DNA from: an uncultured delta proteobacterium
Lineage (GTDB): Bacteria > Desulfobacterota > Desulfuromonadia > Desulfuromonadales > BM103
Length of the DNA stretch: 64,000 bases
NCBI GenBank assembly: GCA_963715335.1
Contig: CAVQRZ010000005.1
Coordinates: 1-64,000 of the forward strand
Reading direction: 5' to 3'
Of the stretch, positions 50,607 through 59,001 are shown in pieces; position 1 is the stretch's first letter; each line of letters starts with the position of its first letter. The notes beneath the pieces were generated by a model that was not told where the DNA came from, searched no databases, and saw nothing but the letters and a program-made list of their open reading frames with translations. The position numbers and the translations under genes are program-made.

Positions 50607-52874
50607 TTAACAAAATCCCTGCGACGCGGCAACCGCGGCCTGCCCGAGGGCCAGGCCGCCGTCATTGGGGGGCACCAGGGAGTGGGTAAGAACTGTGAGC
50701 CCTGATTTCTCCAGGCGGGGGACCACCATCTCCGTCAAGAGACGGTTCTGGAAAACCCCGCCCGACAGGACTATCAGATTCAGACCGGTCCGTTGCTGCA
50801 ATTCGGCGCAGACCTCTGCAATCATCATGGCCAGGGTAAGGTGGAAACGGCCGGCAAGCTGATCTGCACCGACACCCGACAGATGGTCTTTAACAATCGA
50901 TTCGATCATCTGCGCCGGATCACAGATAATTTGATCATTCTGGTCTGATAACCGGTAAGGGTAGACAGTTGATTGACCCGGATCGGCGAGCATTTCCAGT
51001 TCCATCGCCGCCTGCCCTTCAAAGGAGACCACCTGGCGCAGGCCGATTATCGCCGCAACCGCGTCAAACAGCCGACCGCAACTCGAGGTAAGGGGCGCGT
51101 TGATCCCCCTGTCCATCGCCTGGGAAACCAGGTGCAACTCGTTTTCGGCAATCCCGGCAAAACACTTCAGCTCGTCGGGGATTTCGCCGAAAACCGACTG
51201 CAGGTAACTCAGCGCCATACGCCAGGGCTGCCTGGTCGCCAGGTCACCACCAGGCATCGGCTGGTAGCGAAGATGACCAAGGCGTTGATACTCCTTCAGG
51301 TCGCCGACCAGGAACTCCCCGCCCCAGATATGACCATCGGCGCCGTAACCGATCCCGTCGAAAATAATCCCGATGGCAGGCTCGCGAATGCCATGTTCTG
51401 CCAGGCAACTGGCCAGATGTGCGTGATGATGCTGTACGGCGACCGAGGGCAGCCCGCTCTCTTCCAGGGCATAGCGTGTCGAATAGTAGTCGGGATGCAG
51501 ATCGTGAGCGACCCGCTGCGGCACGACCTCGAGCAACCTCTGCAAGTGGCTGATCGTAGTCCGGAAAGATTCATAGACCTCGAGGTTTTTCAGGTCGCCG
51601 ACATGCTGGCTTAAAAAGGCACGATCGCCGCGGGTCAGGCAAACGGTATTCTTCAGCTCCGCGCCGACAGCCAGGACTGGACAGCTGTCTCCGGACAAGG
51701 CCACGCCCCGCGGGACAAATCCGCGTGAACGGCGCAGCAACAACGGCCGGTTTGCCATGACCCGGGCAATCGAGTCGTCGGTGCGGGTATAAATCCGCCG
51801 GTTGTGGCACAAAAATGCATCGGCAATCGTCGCCAGACGCTGCAACGCTTCATGATCCTCAAAAGCAATCGGCTCATCGCAGAGATTGGCGCTGGTCATG
51901 ACCAGGGCTTTAAAATCCTGCAGAAGCATATGATGCAACGGCGTGTACGGCAGCATTATGCCAAAGCAACGGTTACCTGGTGCGATATTTTCGGCAAGTC
52001 CGTGGCCGGGTCGTTTCCCCAGCAACACGATCGGTCGCTCAATGCCCTGCAGCAGGCGTGCTTCATCAGACCCAACGACAGCCAGCTCCCTCACCGCGTC
52101 AAGATCCTTTGCCATCAGGGCAAAAGGCTTCTCATCACGCTGTTTGCGCCGCCGCAGCTCGGCAACGGCAGCCTGGTTGAAAGCGTCCACGGCAAGGTGA
52201 TAACCGCCCAGCCCCTTGATTGCGACAATCTGCCCGGCGCCGAGACGGTGAATCGCGTCCTCCAGGGGATCGACGCAATCGAGGGTTGAGCCATCCAGGG
52301 CAACCAGCCGCAGCCGCGGGCCGCAGGCCGGGCAGGCGTTCGGCTGGGCGTGGAATCGACGAGACGTCGGGTCGTCATACTCCGCCTGGCAATCGGCACA
52401 CAACGGGAAATCCGCCATGGTGGTCAGCGCTCGATCGTAGGGGATGCCGGTGACTATCGTATATCGCGGCCCGCAGTTGGTACAGTTGATAAAAGGATAA
52501 CGATACCGTCGATCGGCTGGATCCAGGAGCTCGGCGAGGCAGTCGTCGCAGACAAAGGTGTCGGGCGCAACCTGGGCTCGACGGCTCTGATCGACGGCGC
52601 TCTGGAGAATTCGGAAACCGGCATCACCCCGTGTCGGGGTCTTTTCTATATCGATCGATTGAATCGTGGCCAGGGGGGGCTTTTCATCGCGCACGGCAGC
52701 AACGAACTGTTGCAGGAGGTTTTCTCCCCCTTCCACTTCTATGGTCACACCACGGCTGTCGTTGCACACCGAACCGGCCAGGCCGAAACGTTCTGCCAAC
52801 AGATAGACAAAGGGCCGGAAGCCGACCCCCTGGACGATCCCCTCAACAGCTATTTTATAGCGCAAATACTCCAC
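50607..52874 (-). CDS. hypF: [NiFe]-hydrogenase maturation carbamoyltransferase
   Basis: GIVQGVGFRPF, two Zn fingers, QHHHAH, PPNDGGLALGQ. Confidence 0.97.
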   Translation of the reverse strand: MEYLRYKIAVEGIVQGVGFRPFVYLLAERFGLAGSVCNDSRGVTIEVEGGENLLQQFVAAVRDEKPPLATIQSIDIEKTPTRGDAGFRILQSAVDQSRRAQVAPDTFVCDDCLAELLDPADRRYRYPFINCTNCGPRYTIVTGIPYDRALTTMADFPLCADCQAEYDDPTSRRFHAQPNACPACGPRLRLVALDGSTLDCVDPLEDAIHRLGAGQIVAIKGLGGYHLAVDAFNQAAVAELRRRKQRDEKPFALMAKDLDAVRELAVVGSDEARLLQGIERPIVLLGKRPGHGLAENIAPGNRCFGIMLPYTPLHHMLLQDFKALVMTSANLCDEPIAFEDHEALQRLATIADAFLCHNRRIYTRTDDSIARVMANRPLLLRRSRGFVPRGVALSGDSCPVLAVGAELKNTVCLTRGDRAFLSQHVGDLKNLEVYESFRTTISHLQRLLEVVPQRVAHDLHPDYYSTRYALEESGLPSVAVQHHHAHLASCLAEHGIREPAIGIIFDGIGYGADGHIWGGEFLVGDLKEYQRLGHLRYQPMPGGDLATRQPWRMALSYLQSVFGEIPDELKCFAGIAENELHLVSQAMDRGINAPLTSSCGRLFDAVAAIIGLRQVVSFEGQAAMELEMLADPGQSTVYPYRLSDQNDQIICDPAQMIESIVKDHLSGVGADQLAGRFHLTLAMMIAEVCAELQQRTGLNLIVLSGGVFQNRLLTEMVVPRLEKSGLTVLTHSLVPPNDGGLALGQAAVAASQGFC

Positions 52875-53025
52875 AGGATGAGGATAACGGAAATAACCGG
52901 GAAATGCAGTTTGAAAATCAGGGGATGGTCATGAATATGTTGAGTTTCCCGGGTAATTTGAGAATTAATTATGCATGAGATTGAAGACCCTTTTCCCGTG
53001 GCTGAAACAGCCCTTCAATTAATTC

Positions 53026-53135
53026 AAAAAAAAGCCCCACGGTTCAGGAGGTAGAGAACCGTGGGGCAAATATTTCTTTTTAGGAGGTTTTGAAGAAGTT
53101 GTCTCTGGCCTGCCTGCCACAGCAGGCCTTTGATG
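53026..53135 (-). ncRNA. Candidate small RNA: 5' hairpin, anti-SD motif and intrinsic terminator (5' end uncertain)
   Basis: GGCCTGC/GCAGGCC hairpin at 53108-53129; ACCTCCT at 53088-53082; perfect 12-bp stem GCCCCACGGTTC with loop TCTACCTCCT followed by T8; no credible CDS ends here. Confidence 0.5.
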
Positions 53136-53406
53136 ATTGTTACTCTATCGAAGATATCAAAGGGAATAAACGTGGAGACTCGTATAATATCGATCGTAAC
53201 CTCACAAAACCCTACTGTGCATAACCACACTAAATCAATTGGTTCTGTTCGTTAATTGAGCTGATTTGAATCAAAAACAGAGCCTTCTGGTGTGCCCTTG
53301 TTCTTATTTTACGTTAATAATAGAGATTCGCCCCCTGTGTCAGCGTAGTTGTCGCCTGTAACTGAACTCAACAAGATTGGGGGCAGTCAAACTTACAGAG
53401 GCGCAT

Positions 53407-53485
53407 AATTCTTACCGAGCCAGACAAATGGGCAAGCCACCCGTTTAAGGTGGACAAGCTTTTCAGAGCCGCTCTCTATAACGAC
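53407..53485 (+). repeat. Cassette-boundary repeat copy 1 (5' half clear, 3' half degenerate)
   Basis: AATTCTTACC-GAG-CCAGACAAATGGGCAAGCCACCCGTTTAAGGTGGAC aligns with copies 2 and 5. Confidence 0.6.
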
Positions 53486-53589
53486 AGACAGAGGGGAGGA
53501 TTCAGTGGATTGTTGTTTCAGCGATGTTGTTGTCTCTGGTAAAATTCAAATACTTATTACTCCCCTCTGCGAAAAGGAAGGGTTCCTTT

Positions 53590-54006
53590 ATGCACAAGCA
53601 CTTATGGATTGGCCTGTTGGCTGTAGCATCGTTGTCACAACCGTCGATGGCTCCAGCCGTCGAAATTATAAAACCTGGGCTGTGGGAAATCATTACTAGC
53701 ATTGAGATCCCCGGGATACCATTTCAACAACCACCACAGACAGTGCGACATTGCGTCACTCCGCAGGAAGCTAAAGAACCTGAAAAATATCTGCCGCTAG
53801 GAAAAGACTGTAAGATCATCGACCTCAGGGCCTCTGCGACCAAGGTCAACTGGAAAGGGGAGTGCACCGGAGAGATCTCAGGCAAGGGCGAGGGGGAGGT
53901 CGAATACAAGAGTGATTCATCCTACGAAGGGATAACTAAGATTCAGACCCAAGGACTGATCTTTAACATGAAACACAAAGGGACGCGGGTCGGGGAATGT
54001 CCCTAA
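53590..54006 (+). CDS. Secreted DUF3617-like protein
   Basis: Signal peptide, KPGLWEI, conserved Cys residues, C-terminal GTRVGEC. Confidence 0.8.
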   Translation: MHKHLWIGLLAVASLSQPSMAPAVEIIKPGLWEIITSIEIPGIPFQQPPQTVRHCVTPQEAKEPEKYLPLGKDCKIIDLRASATKVNWKGECTGEISGKGEGEVEYKSDSSYEGITKIQTQGLIFNMKHKGTRVGECP

Positions 54007-54030
54007 GTTGGGCTTACAGATTATTAAATC

Positions 54031-54132
54031 TCCTGACAAATAGGAAAAGGTCACCCGTTTCAAGATGGCTTTCATCACGTGTATTGAAGAGCTTCCCAAT
54101 TGTCTCTATCAATAAGAAACTGTTTTTCGTCT
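54031..54132 (+). repeat. Cassette-boundary repeat copy 2
   Basis: TCCTGACAAATAGGAAAAGGTCACCCGTTTCAAGATGGC..GTGTATTGAAGAGC..TGTCTCTATCAATAA..GTTTTTCGTCT. Confidence 0.8.
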
Positions 54133-54237
54133 TATAACCAGGGGGTTATGGGATTCGCCAAGAATATGGCAAGACTGTCTGGTGAATCTTGAAGAGTTTA
54201 TTTTTCGTAAAACATTTCCCTGACGGCTTGATTAACC

Positions 54238-55119
54238 ATGAATCCTCCATTTCCTGACCTTGGTCCCAAGATGTCCCGTCAAGCCGTTGGCTGGCTTGCT
54301 GTTTTCGGCTCAGCCTTTTTTTTCTATCTGGCCACTCTTATCATTCGTTGGTCTGCGAATCATGTAACCATTGGTTCTGCATATTTTGTTTTTGCACGCT
54401 TTCTGCTCGGCTTCGTCGTCGTTTCCGTATCCATGGTTGTGCAGAAGCAAAAGTTGCAACCCAAAAGATCCCATTTTCTTGTCGGCCGAATGGTAGCAAA
54501 TACCGTTGCTGTGTTCTGCTTTTACAAAGCAGTAGAGATGGGGGCGTTGGCTGAGGCCAATATCCTTAATATGACTTATCCTCTTTTTGTTGCGGTTTTC
54601 TCGTGGTTTTTTCTTAAGGGTCAACGCGACTTGTTCTCATCGATGATTGTCATGCTGGCCTTTGTCGGCGTCTGGTTGGTCCTTGCGCCGGGCGGCATCA
54701 GCTTCAGCCAAGCAAATCTGTGGGGTCTCGGCTCCGGGATAACAGCTGCAGTTGCGGTTCTTTACCTCAATATAAGCAGGCGCTACCACGACTCGCAGAC
54801 CATCTTGTTTTTTATGTTTGGGCCAGGCATGGTGATGATCCTGATATTCTTTCACAACGCCATCTTTTTGCCGAATGGCGAGGAGTTATTTTATCTGCTC
54901 AGCTGTTCGGTTGCTGGTGTGCTTGGTCAGTATTTATTCACTTATGGGTTTCTCTATGTCACTGCCGTGGAAGGCTCCATTATCTCTTCCAGTCGGATAC
55001 TGCTGGCAGCCCTGTTTGGACCATTATTAGTAGCAGACCCGGTACTGACAGTTTCAGGTTGGTGTGGAGCGTTGCTTATCTTTACTGCCAATGCGGCACT
55101 TGCTTTAAGGAGAGCTTGA
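54238..55119 (+). CDS. DMT/EamA-family transporter
   Basis: About 10 TM in two repeats, FARF, EANILNMTYPLFV, GQYLFT. Confidence 0.9.
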   Translation: MNPPFPDLGPKMSRQAVGWLAVFGSAFFFYLATLIIRWSANHVTIGSAYFVFARFLLGFVVVSVSMVVQKQKLQPKRSHFLVGRMVANTVAVFCFYKAVEMGALAEANILNMTYPLFVAVFSWFFLKGQRDLFSSMIVMLAFVGVWLVLAPGGISFSQANLWGLGSGITAAVAVLYLNISRRYHDSQTILFFMFGPGMVMILIFFHNAIFLPNGEELFYLLSCSVAGVLGQYLFTYGFLYVTAVEGSIISSSRILLAALFGPLLVADPVLTVSGWCGALLIFTANAALALRRA

Positions 55120-55149
55120 ACACGCCCGTTTTCGTCCTGGCAGTGGTGA
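55119..55149 (+). repeat. Cassette-boundary repeat copy 3 (3' segment only)
   Basis: AACACGCCCGTTTTCGTCCTGGCAGTGGTGA vs copy 5 AACACGCCGGTTTTTCTATCGGCAGTTGTGA. Confidence 0.65.
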
Positions 55150-55445
55150 TCAGTAAGAAAATGTTTGCTCATCGTTACGTGATTATTGAAATTACATAGG
55201 TCGCTAATTTAGTCACGAGTGCATGGAGTTAACTCGAAAATGATATTAACATTGCGTTGACTTGAGTGTCCGTGATAAAGACCCTTATCTTAAACGTTTG
55301 TGCAGAGATAGTTTGTTGGACTAGATTAAATGTTAATCAGTCACGAATATGCCACGCAAACTTTTTACGGTTGCGTGTTTTTTATTTTTCAGCAGTTATG
55401 GTTGCACAACCAAGAGCGTTCTCACAGGGGGACAAGGAGGTAAAA

Positions 55446-55646
55446 ATGGCTGAAGGTACTGTAAAGTGGTTCAACGATGCAAAAGGTTTTGGGTTTATCG
55501 AGCAGGACAACGGACCGGATGTGTTCGTACACTTCTCTGAAGTCCAAGGCGACGGTTTCAAATCTCTTGCAGAGGGAGACAGAGTGAGTTTTGATGTGAC
55601 TAATGGCCAGAAAGGCCCTCAGTCGTCAAATGTACGCAAAATTTAA
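55446..55646 (+). CDS. Cold-shock protein (CspA family)
   Basis: [32 protein letters not shown]. Confidence 0.97.
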   Translation: MAEGTVKWFNDAKGFGFIEQDNGPDVFVHFSEVQGDGFKSLAEGDRVSFDVTNGQKGPQSSNVRKI

Positions 55647-55669
55647 GGTATGTATTTATCTTGATAAGC

Positions 55670-55702
55670 AAAAAAGCCTCGCGGGTTTCCGTGGGGCTTT
55701 TT
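55670..55702 (+). terminator. Terminator of csp (potentially bidirectional)
   Basis: AAAAAAGCCTCGCGG-GTTT-CCGTGGGGCTTTTT. Confidence 0.85.
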
Positions 55703-55706
55703 ATTG

Positions 55707-55818
55707 CCCTGATACCTAAAAAATAAATCGCCCTCGGTTTCCCGGTGGCCATGTTTTTGTGTATTAAAGAGCGTCCTGGTTTGCTCAATCAATGACAAGC
55801 GCGTTTTTGTCTCGGCAG
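55707..55818 (+). repeat. Cassette-boundary repeat copy 4
   Basis: CCCTGATA..CGCCCTCGGTTTCCCGGTGGCCAT..GTGTATTAAAGAGCGTCC..CTCAATCAATGACAAGC..GTTTTTGTCTCGGCAG. Confidence 0.78.
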
Positions 55819-56005
55819 GATTGACAAATAAAAACGGTTCACGGTTACCCATGAGCCGTTTGTTTAGTTGGTAATATCAACGAGACAATTTATTCTTTCC
55901 TTCGCCAACTGCAGGGCCATTCTGCCATGTTCCTTCAAACTCTGTTAAGCTGTAACGACTTTAGTACGTAATCAGTATCCTAACAGCGAAACAGAGGAGG
56001 AAATT

Positions 56006-56110
56006 ATGGGCAAGGGCATGGATAGCAAGAAGTCGGAAAAAAAGGCTCCAGCTAAAAGCATGAAAGAAAAAAAGGCGGACAAAAAGGCCAAAAAGGCCGA
56101 GAAAAAGTAG
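56006..56110 (+). CDS. Small Lys-rich basic peptide (34 aa), below the ORF-track cutoff
   Basis: GAGGAGG RBS; MGKGMDSKKSEKKAPAKSMKEKKADKKAKKAEKK. Confidence 0.75.
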   Translation: MGKGMDSKKSEKKAPAKSMKEKKADKKAKKAEKK

Positions 56111-56260
56111 TCAGTGATGCGCGAGAGAGGCTTGGGTTAGAGGACACTCAAAAAAGCCCCTCTATATTGAGAGTCTCCGGCTTCGGGGACCACATAAGGA
56201 GGTAGCCTACGCCAATAAATGGATAAAAGTTAGCGACGTCATGATGTTCGAGTCAGTAGA

Positions 56261-56387
56261 AATTCCTATTTATCCTGACAATTAGTAATAAGGCCACCCG
56301 TTTCCAGGTGGCCATCATTTTGTGGATTGACGAACGTCCGAAATGTCTCTCTCAATAACACGCCGGTTTTTCTATCGGCAGTTGTGA
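56261..56387 (+). repeat. Cassette-boundary repeat copy 5 (most complete)
   Basis: AATTCCTATTTATCCTGACAATTAG..GGCCACCCGTTTCCAGGTGGCCAT..GTGGATTGACGAACGTCC..TGTCTCTCTCAATAACACGCCGGTTTTTCTATCGGCAGTTGTGA. Confidence 0.82.
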
Positions 56388-56424
56388 GTTTATAGAGCAA
56401 CTCACTTCTCTACCAAGATAATAT

Positions 56425-57000
56425 TCAACCCTTTTTACCAGAAACACTCTTGATTCTGACTGGTCCTTGCTTCTCCGGACGTTTACCAATTTTATCGCGA
56501 TAATATTCCTCCAGAATTATGAAATCTGCATCAATATCACCGCTAGGTTCCAACATACGATCTATACCAATCCGTTTACTTGGATAGTCTATATACGCCA
56601 GAGCAATCGGTACGCCAGTTGCCAGGGCAATACGGTAAAAACCTTCTTTCCATTGTTTTGTCAGACTACGTGTCCCCTCCGGAGCGATTGCCATGACGAA
56701 TTGGTCGCGGCTCATAAAAATATCGATCACTTTTTTAAGAAAGCCGGTACTTCCCTGTCGGTCTACCGGGATGCCACCAATCGCCCTCATAATTGGCCCG
56801 AGCGGCCCCTTAAATAAGGTGTCTTTGCCAACCCAGTTAAAACGCAAGCCGCAAGCCCACATTCCCAGAAGCCCAAGAGGAAAATCCCAATTGCTGGTAT
56901 GCGGAGCACCGATCAGTACGAACTTGTCCCGAGGGGGAAGAGAGAAAGAGACCTGCCAGCCGAATGTCTTGAGTAGAGTCGTCGCGATAATTCTGAGCAT
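56425..57000 (-). CDS. Lysophospholipid (PlsC-like) acyltransferase
   Basis: APHTSNWD (HxxxxD), GGIPVDR, APEGTR. Confidence 0.92.
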   Translation of the reverse strand: MLRIIATTLLKTFGWQVSFSLPPRDKFVLIGAPHTSNWDFPLGLLGMWACGLRFNWVGKDTLFKGPLGPIMRAIGGIPVDRQGSTGFLKKVIDIFMSRDQFVMAIAPEGTRSLTKQWKEGFYRIALATGVPIALAYIDYPSKRIGIDRMLEPSGDIDADFIILEEYYRDKIGKRPEKQGPVRIKSVSGKKG

Positions 57001-57012
57001 AGGGTCGTATTC

Positions 57013-57124
57013 TATCCGACGAAGAAGAAAATGGCCACTCGGGGTTGATCCAGATGGCCATGATTGTTTTGATTTGGGTGCGTCTTAAATCTCTCCATTA
57101 ACAACACGCAGGTTTTCGTCTCAG
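57013..57124 (+). repeat. Cassette-boundary repeat copy 6 (diverged)
   Basis: TATCCGAC..ATGGCCACTCGG..TCCAGATGGCCAT..GCGTCTTAAATCTCTCCATTAACAACACGCAGGTTTTCGTCTCAG. Confidence 0.7.
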
Positions 57125-57468
57125 ATGTCTTGGTCCTGACACACACCCTGGAGTGATTCAGCGGAGTATCTATTAAGAAAGTCAGACAACAGTGTGGCTG
57201 GAATCGCAATGATAGATTGTTTCACTTCTGAGTGTGTCTCATGATTCTCTAAACTCTATTCTTAACAAGAGATGCCAAACTCCCTATTTTCATGTAGCGT
57301 CAAAGATCAGGCTAATCTTCAAGGGGAGAAGAATGGCCTGGGCGGCTTAAACAAATCCGAGGAAAAGGTCTCTTGGAACAGATATAAAGGACGGACGAAT
57401 CGACGCACCTGACTTGGCAAAGAGTGTGATTGCTTTTGCGTCAATGAATTTAGCACGTATTTAAGAGA

Positions 57469-58857
57469 TTACGAGCCTTCGGCCAAATTATATTTCTCCA
57501 TTTTGTAGCGCAAGGTTCCTCGTGGCAAATTGAGAAGGCGTGCCGTTTTCGCAACATTGCCACCGGTAATCACGACCGCCTGTGAGATCAGCTCCTTTTC
57601 CAGTCGACCGACGATCTCTTCGAACAGTACACCTTCCGGCGGAATCTGGTAGTCAAAGGAAGCCTCTGCCTTCGGTTTGCCTCCCCAGATCTCCCTCGGC
57701 AGGCAGTCCGGCGTGATCGTTTCCTGGTTATGCATGATACAGATGCGCTCTACTACGTTGCGTAGCTCACGTACGTTACCCGGCCAGTGGTACCGCATCA
57801 GAAGGTCGAGGGCCGGGCGTGAAACTTCCCGCACATTCTTGTGGAACGCCTTGCTGAAATGTTTGAGGAAGAAATCCAGCAGGGGCGGAAGATCTTCGCG
57901 ACGGTCTCGCAACGGCGCAACATGGATAGGGAACACGTTGAGCCGGTAGAACAGGTCCTCACGAAAATTCTTTCGTTCAATAGCCTCTTTCAATTCAAGG
58001 TTGGTGGCAGCCACAACACGGACATCAATATCAATATTCCTGCTCCCGCCCAGTCGACGGATTTTACGGTCTTCAAGTACCCTGAGCAGCTTAACCTGAA
58101 GATTCATGTCCATTTCACCGATCTCATCGAGAAAGATCGTGCCGCCGTTTGCCTCTTCAAAGAGACCGATTTTACGGTTTTTGGCATCGGTGAAAGCACC
58201 CCGCTCGTGGCCAAACAGTTCTGTTTCGAGAAGGTTGAACGGCAGGGAGCCACAGTTTATTTCGATGAAAGGTTTGCCATTGCGAGGGGACAACTGGTGG
58301 ATTGACTTGGCAACCAGTTCCTTGCCTGTCCCCGACTCACCGGTAATCAGGACCGTTGATGTCTCATGCTTGGCAACTTCCCGAATTTGTCGGTAGACCT
58401 GGGTCAGATGTGCACTGGAGCCGATCATGGTGTTGCTGCCCGGTAAATCCTTAGCCTGCGACCCTCGCCGCAATTGACGGACTTCACGACGCAGGTTCTG
58501 GGTCTCCAGGGCCAGTCGGACAATCAGGCGGATGGCATCTGCCTTGAATGGCTTTTTGATGTAATCGTATGCACCCATTTTCAGCGCTTCAACAGCACTC
58601 TCTACCGTGCCGTAACCGGTAATGATAATAACCAGGATTCCCGGATCGATCTCACGCAGGGCACGCAAGACATCCAGACCGCTCTGGGCACCAAGATTCA
58701 GATCGAGCAGGACCAGGTCGATATCCGAATCGCTGACCTCCCTGATAGCATCGTCACCATTATCTGTGGAGAGGGGATGATAACCATCTTCCTCGAGAAT
58801 TCTTTCCAGGTTTTCGCGGATGAAGGCCTCGTCGTCCACGATCAGGATACGTTCCAT
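57469..58857 (-). CDS. sigma54-dependent response regulator (NtrC/AtoC family)
   Basis: REC, GESGTGKE, GAFTDA, WPGNVREL, HTH; start placed at MERILIV. Confidence 0.93.
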   Translation of the reverse strand: MERILIVDDEAFIRENLERILEEDGYHPLSTDNGDDAIREVSDSDIDLVLLDLNLGAQSGLDVLRALREIDPGILVIIITGYGTVESAVEALKMGAYDYIKKPFKADAIRLIVRLALETQNLRREVRQLRRGSQAKDLPGSNTMIGSSAHLTQVYRQIREVAKHETSTVLITGESGTGKELVAKSIHQLSPRNGKPFIEINCGSLPFNLLETELFGHERGAFTDAKNRKIGLFEEANGGTIFLDEIGEMDMNLQVKLLRVLEDRKIRRLGGSRNIDIDVRVVAATNLELKEAIERKNFREDLFYRLNVFPIHVAPLRDRREDLPPLLDFFLKHFSKAFHKNVREVSRPALDLLMRYHWPGNVRELRNVVERICIMHNQETITPDCLPREIWGGKPKAEASFDYQIPPEGVLFEEIVGRLEKELISQAVVITGGNVAKTARLLNLPRGTLRYKMEKYNLAEGS

Positions 58858-59001
58858 GCTGAACCTCTCTGACTTGTCTCTGCGTAATCGACAGGAGCGT
58901 ATTTTAGTGACAAGCTGGATTTGTGGCAACAAGAATGGCCAGAAATGGCCACTTAATTTATTGGCTGCCGGTTTTCTGTTGGGAAGACTCTGACTGGGTG
59001 G

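Noticed and set aside
50607..52874. hypF without neighbouring hyp/hydrogenase genes as a novel system
   Set aside because: Dispersed hyp genes are common and the domain architecture is canonical.
53428..53462. GGGCAAGCCACC...GGTGGACAAGC resembling a c-di-GMP-I/GEMM riboswitch
   Set aside because: Lacks the GNRA loop and GACGCAAAG core; explained instead as copy 1 of the repeat family.
55643..55852. Short minus-strand ORFs over the repeats and sRNA candidate (55643-55852, 57012-57209, 53917-54099, 53024-53230)
   Set aside because: Their mutual similarity comes from the DNA repeat. They lack RBSs, run through terminators or overlap real genes.
53407..57124. Repeat array as a CRISPR
   Set aside because: Repeats exceed 100 bp and are diverged, the spacers are gene-sized and irregular, and no cas genes are present.
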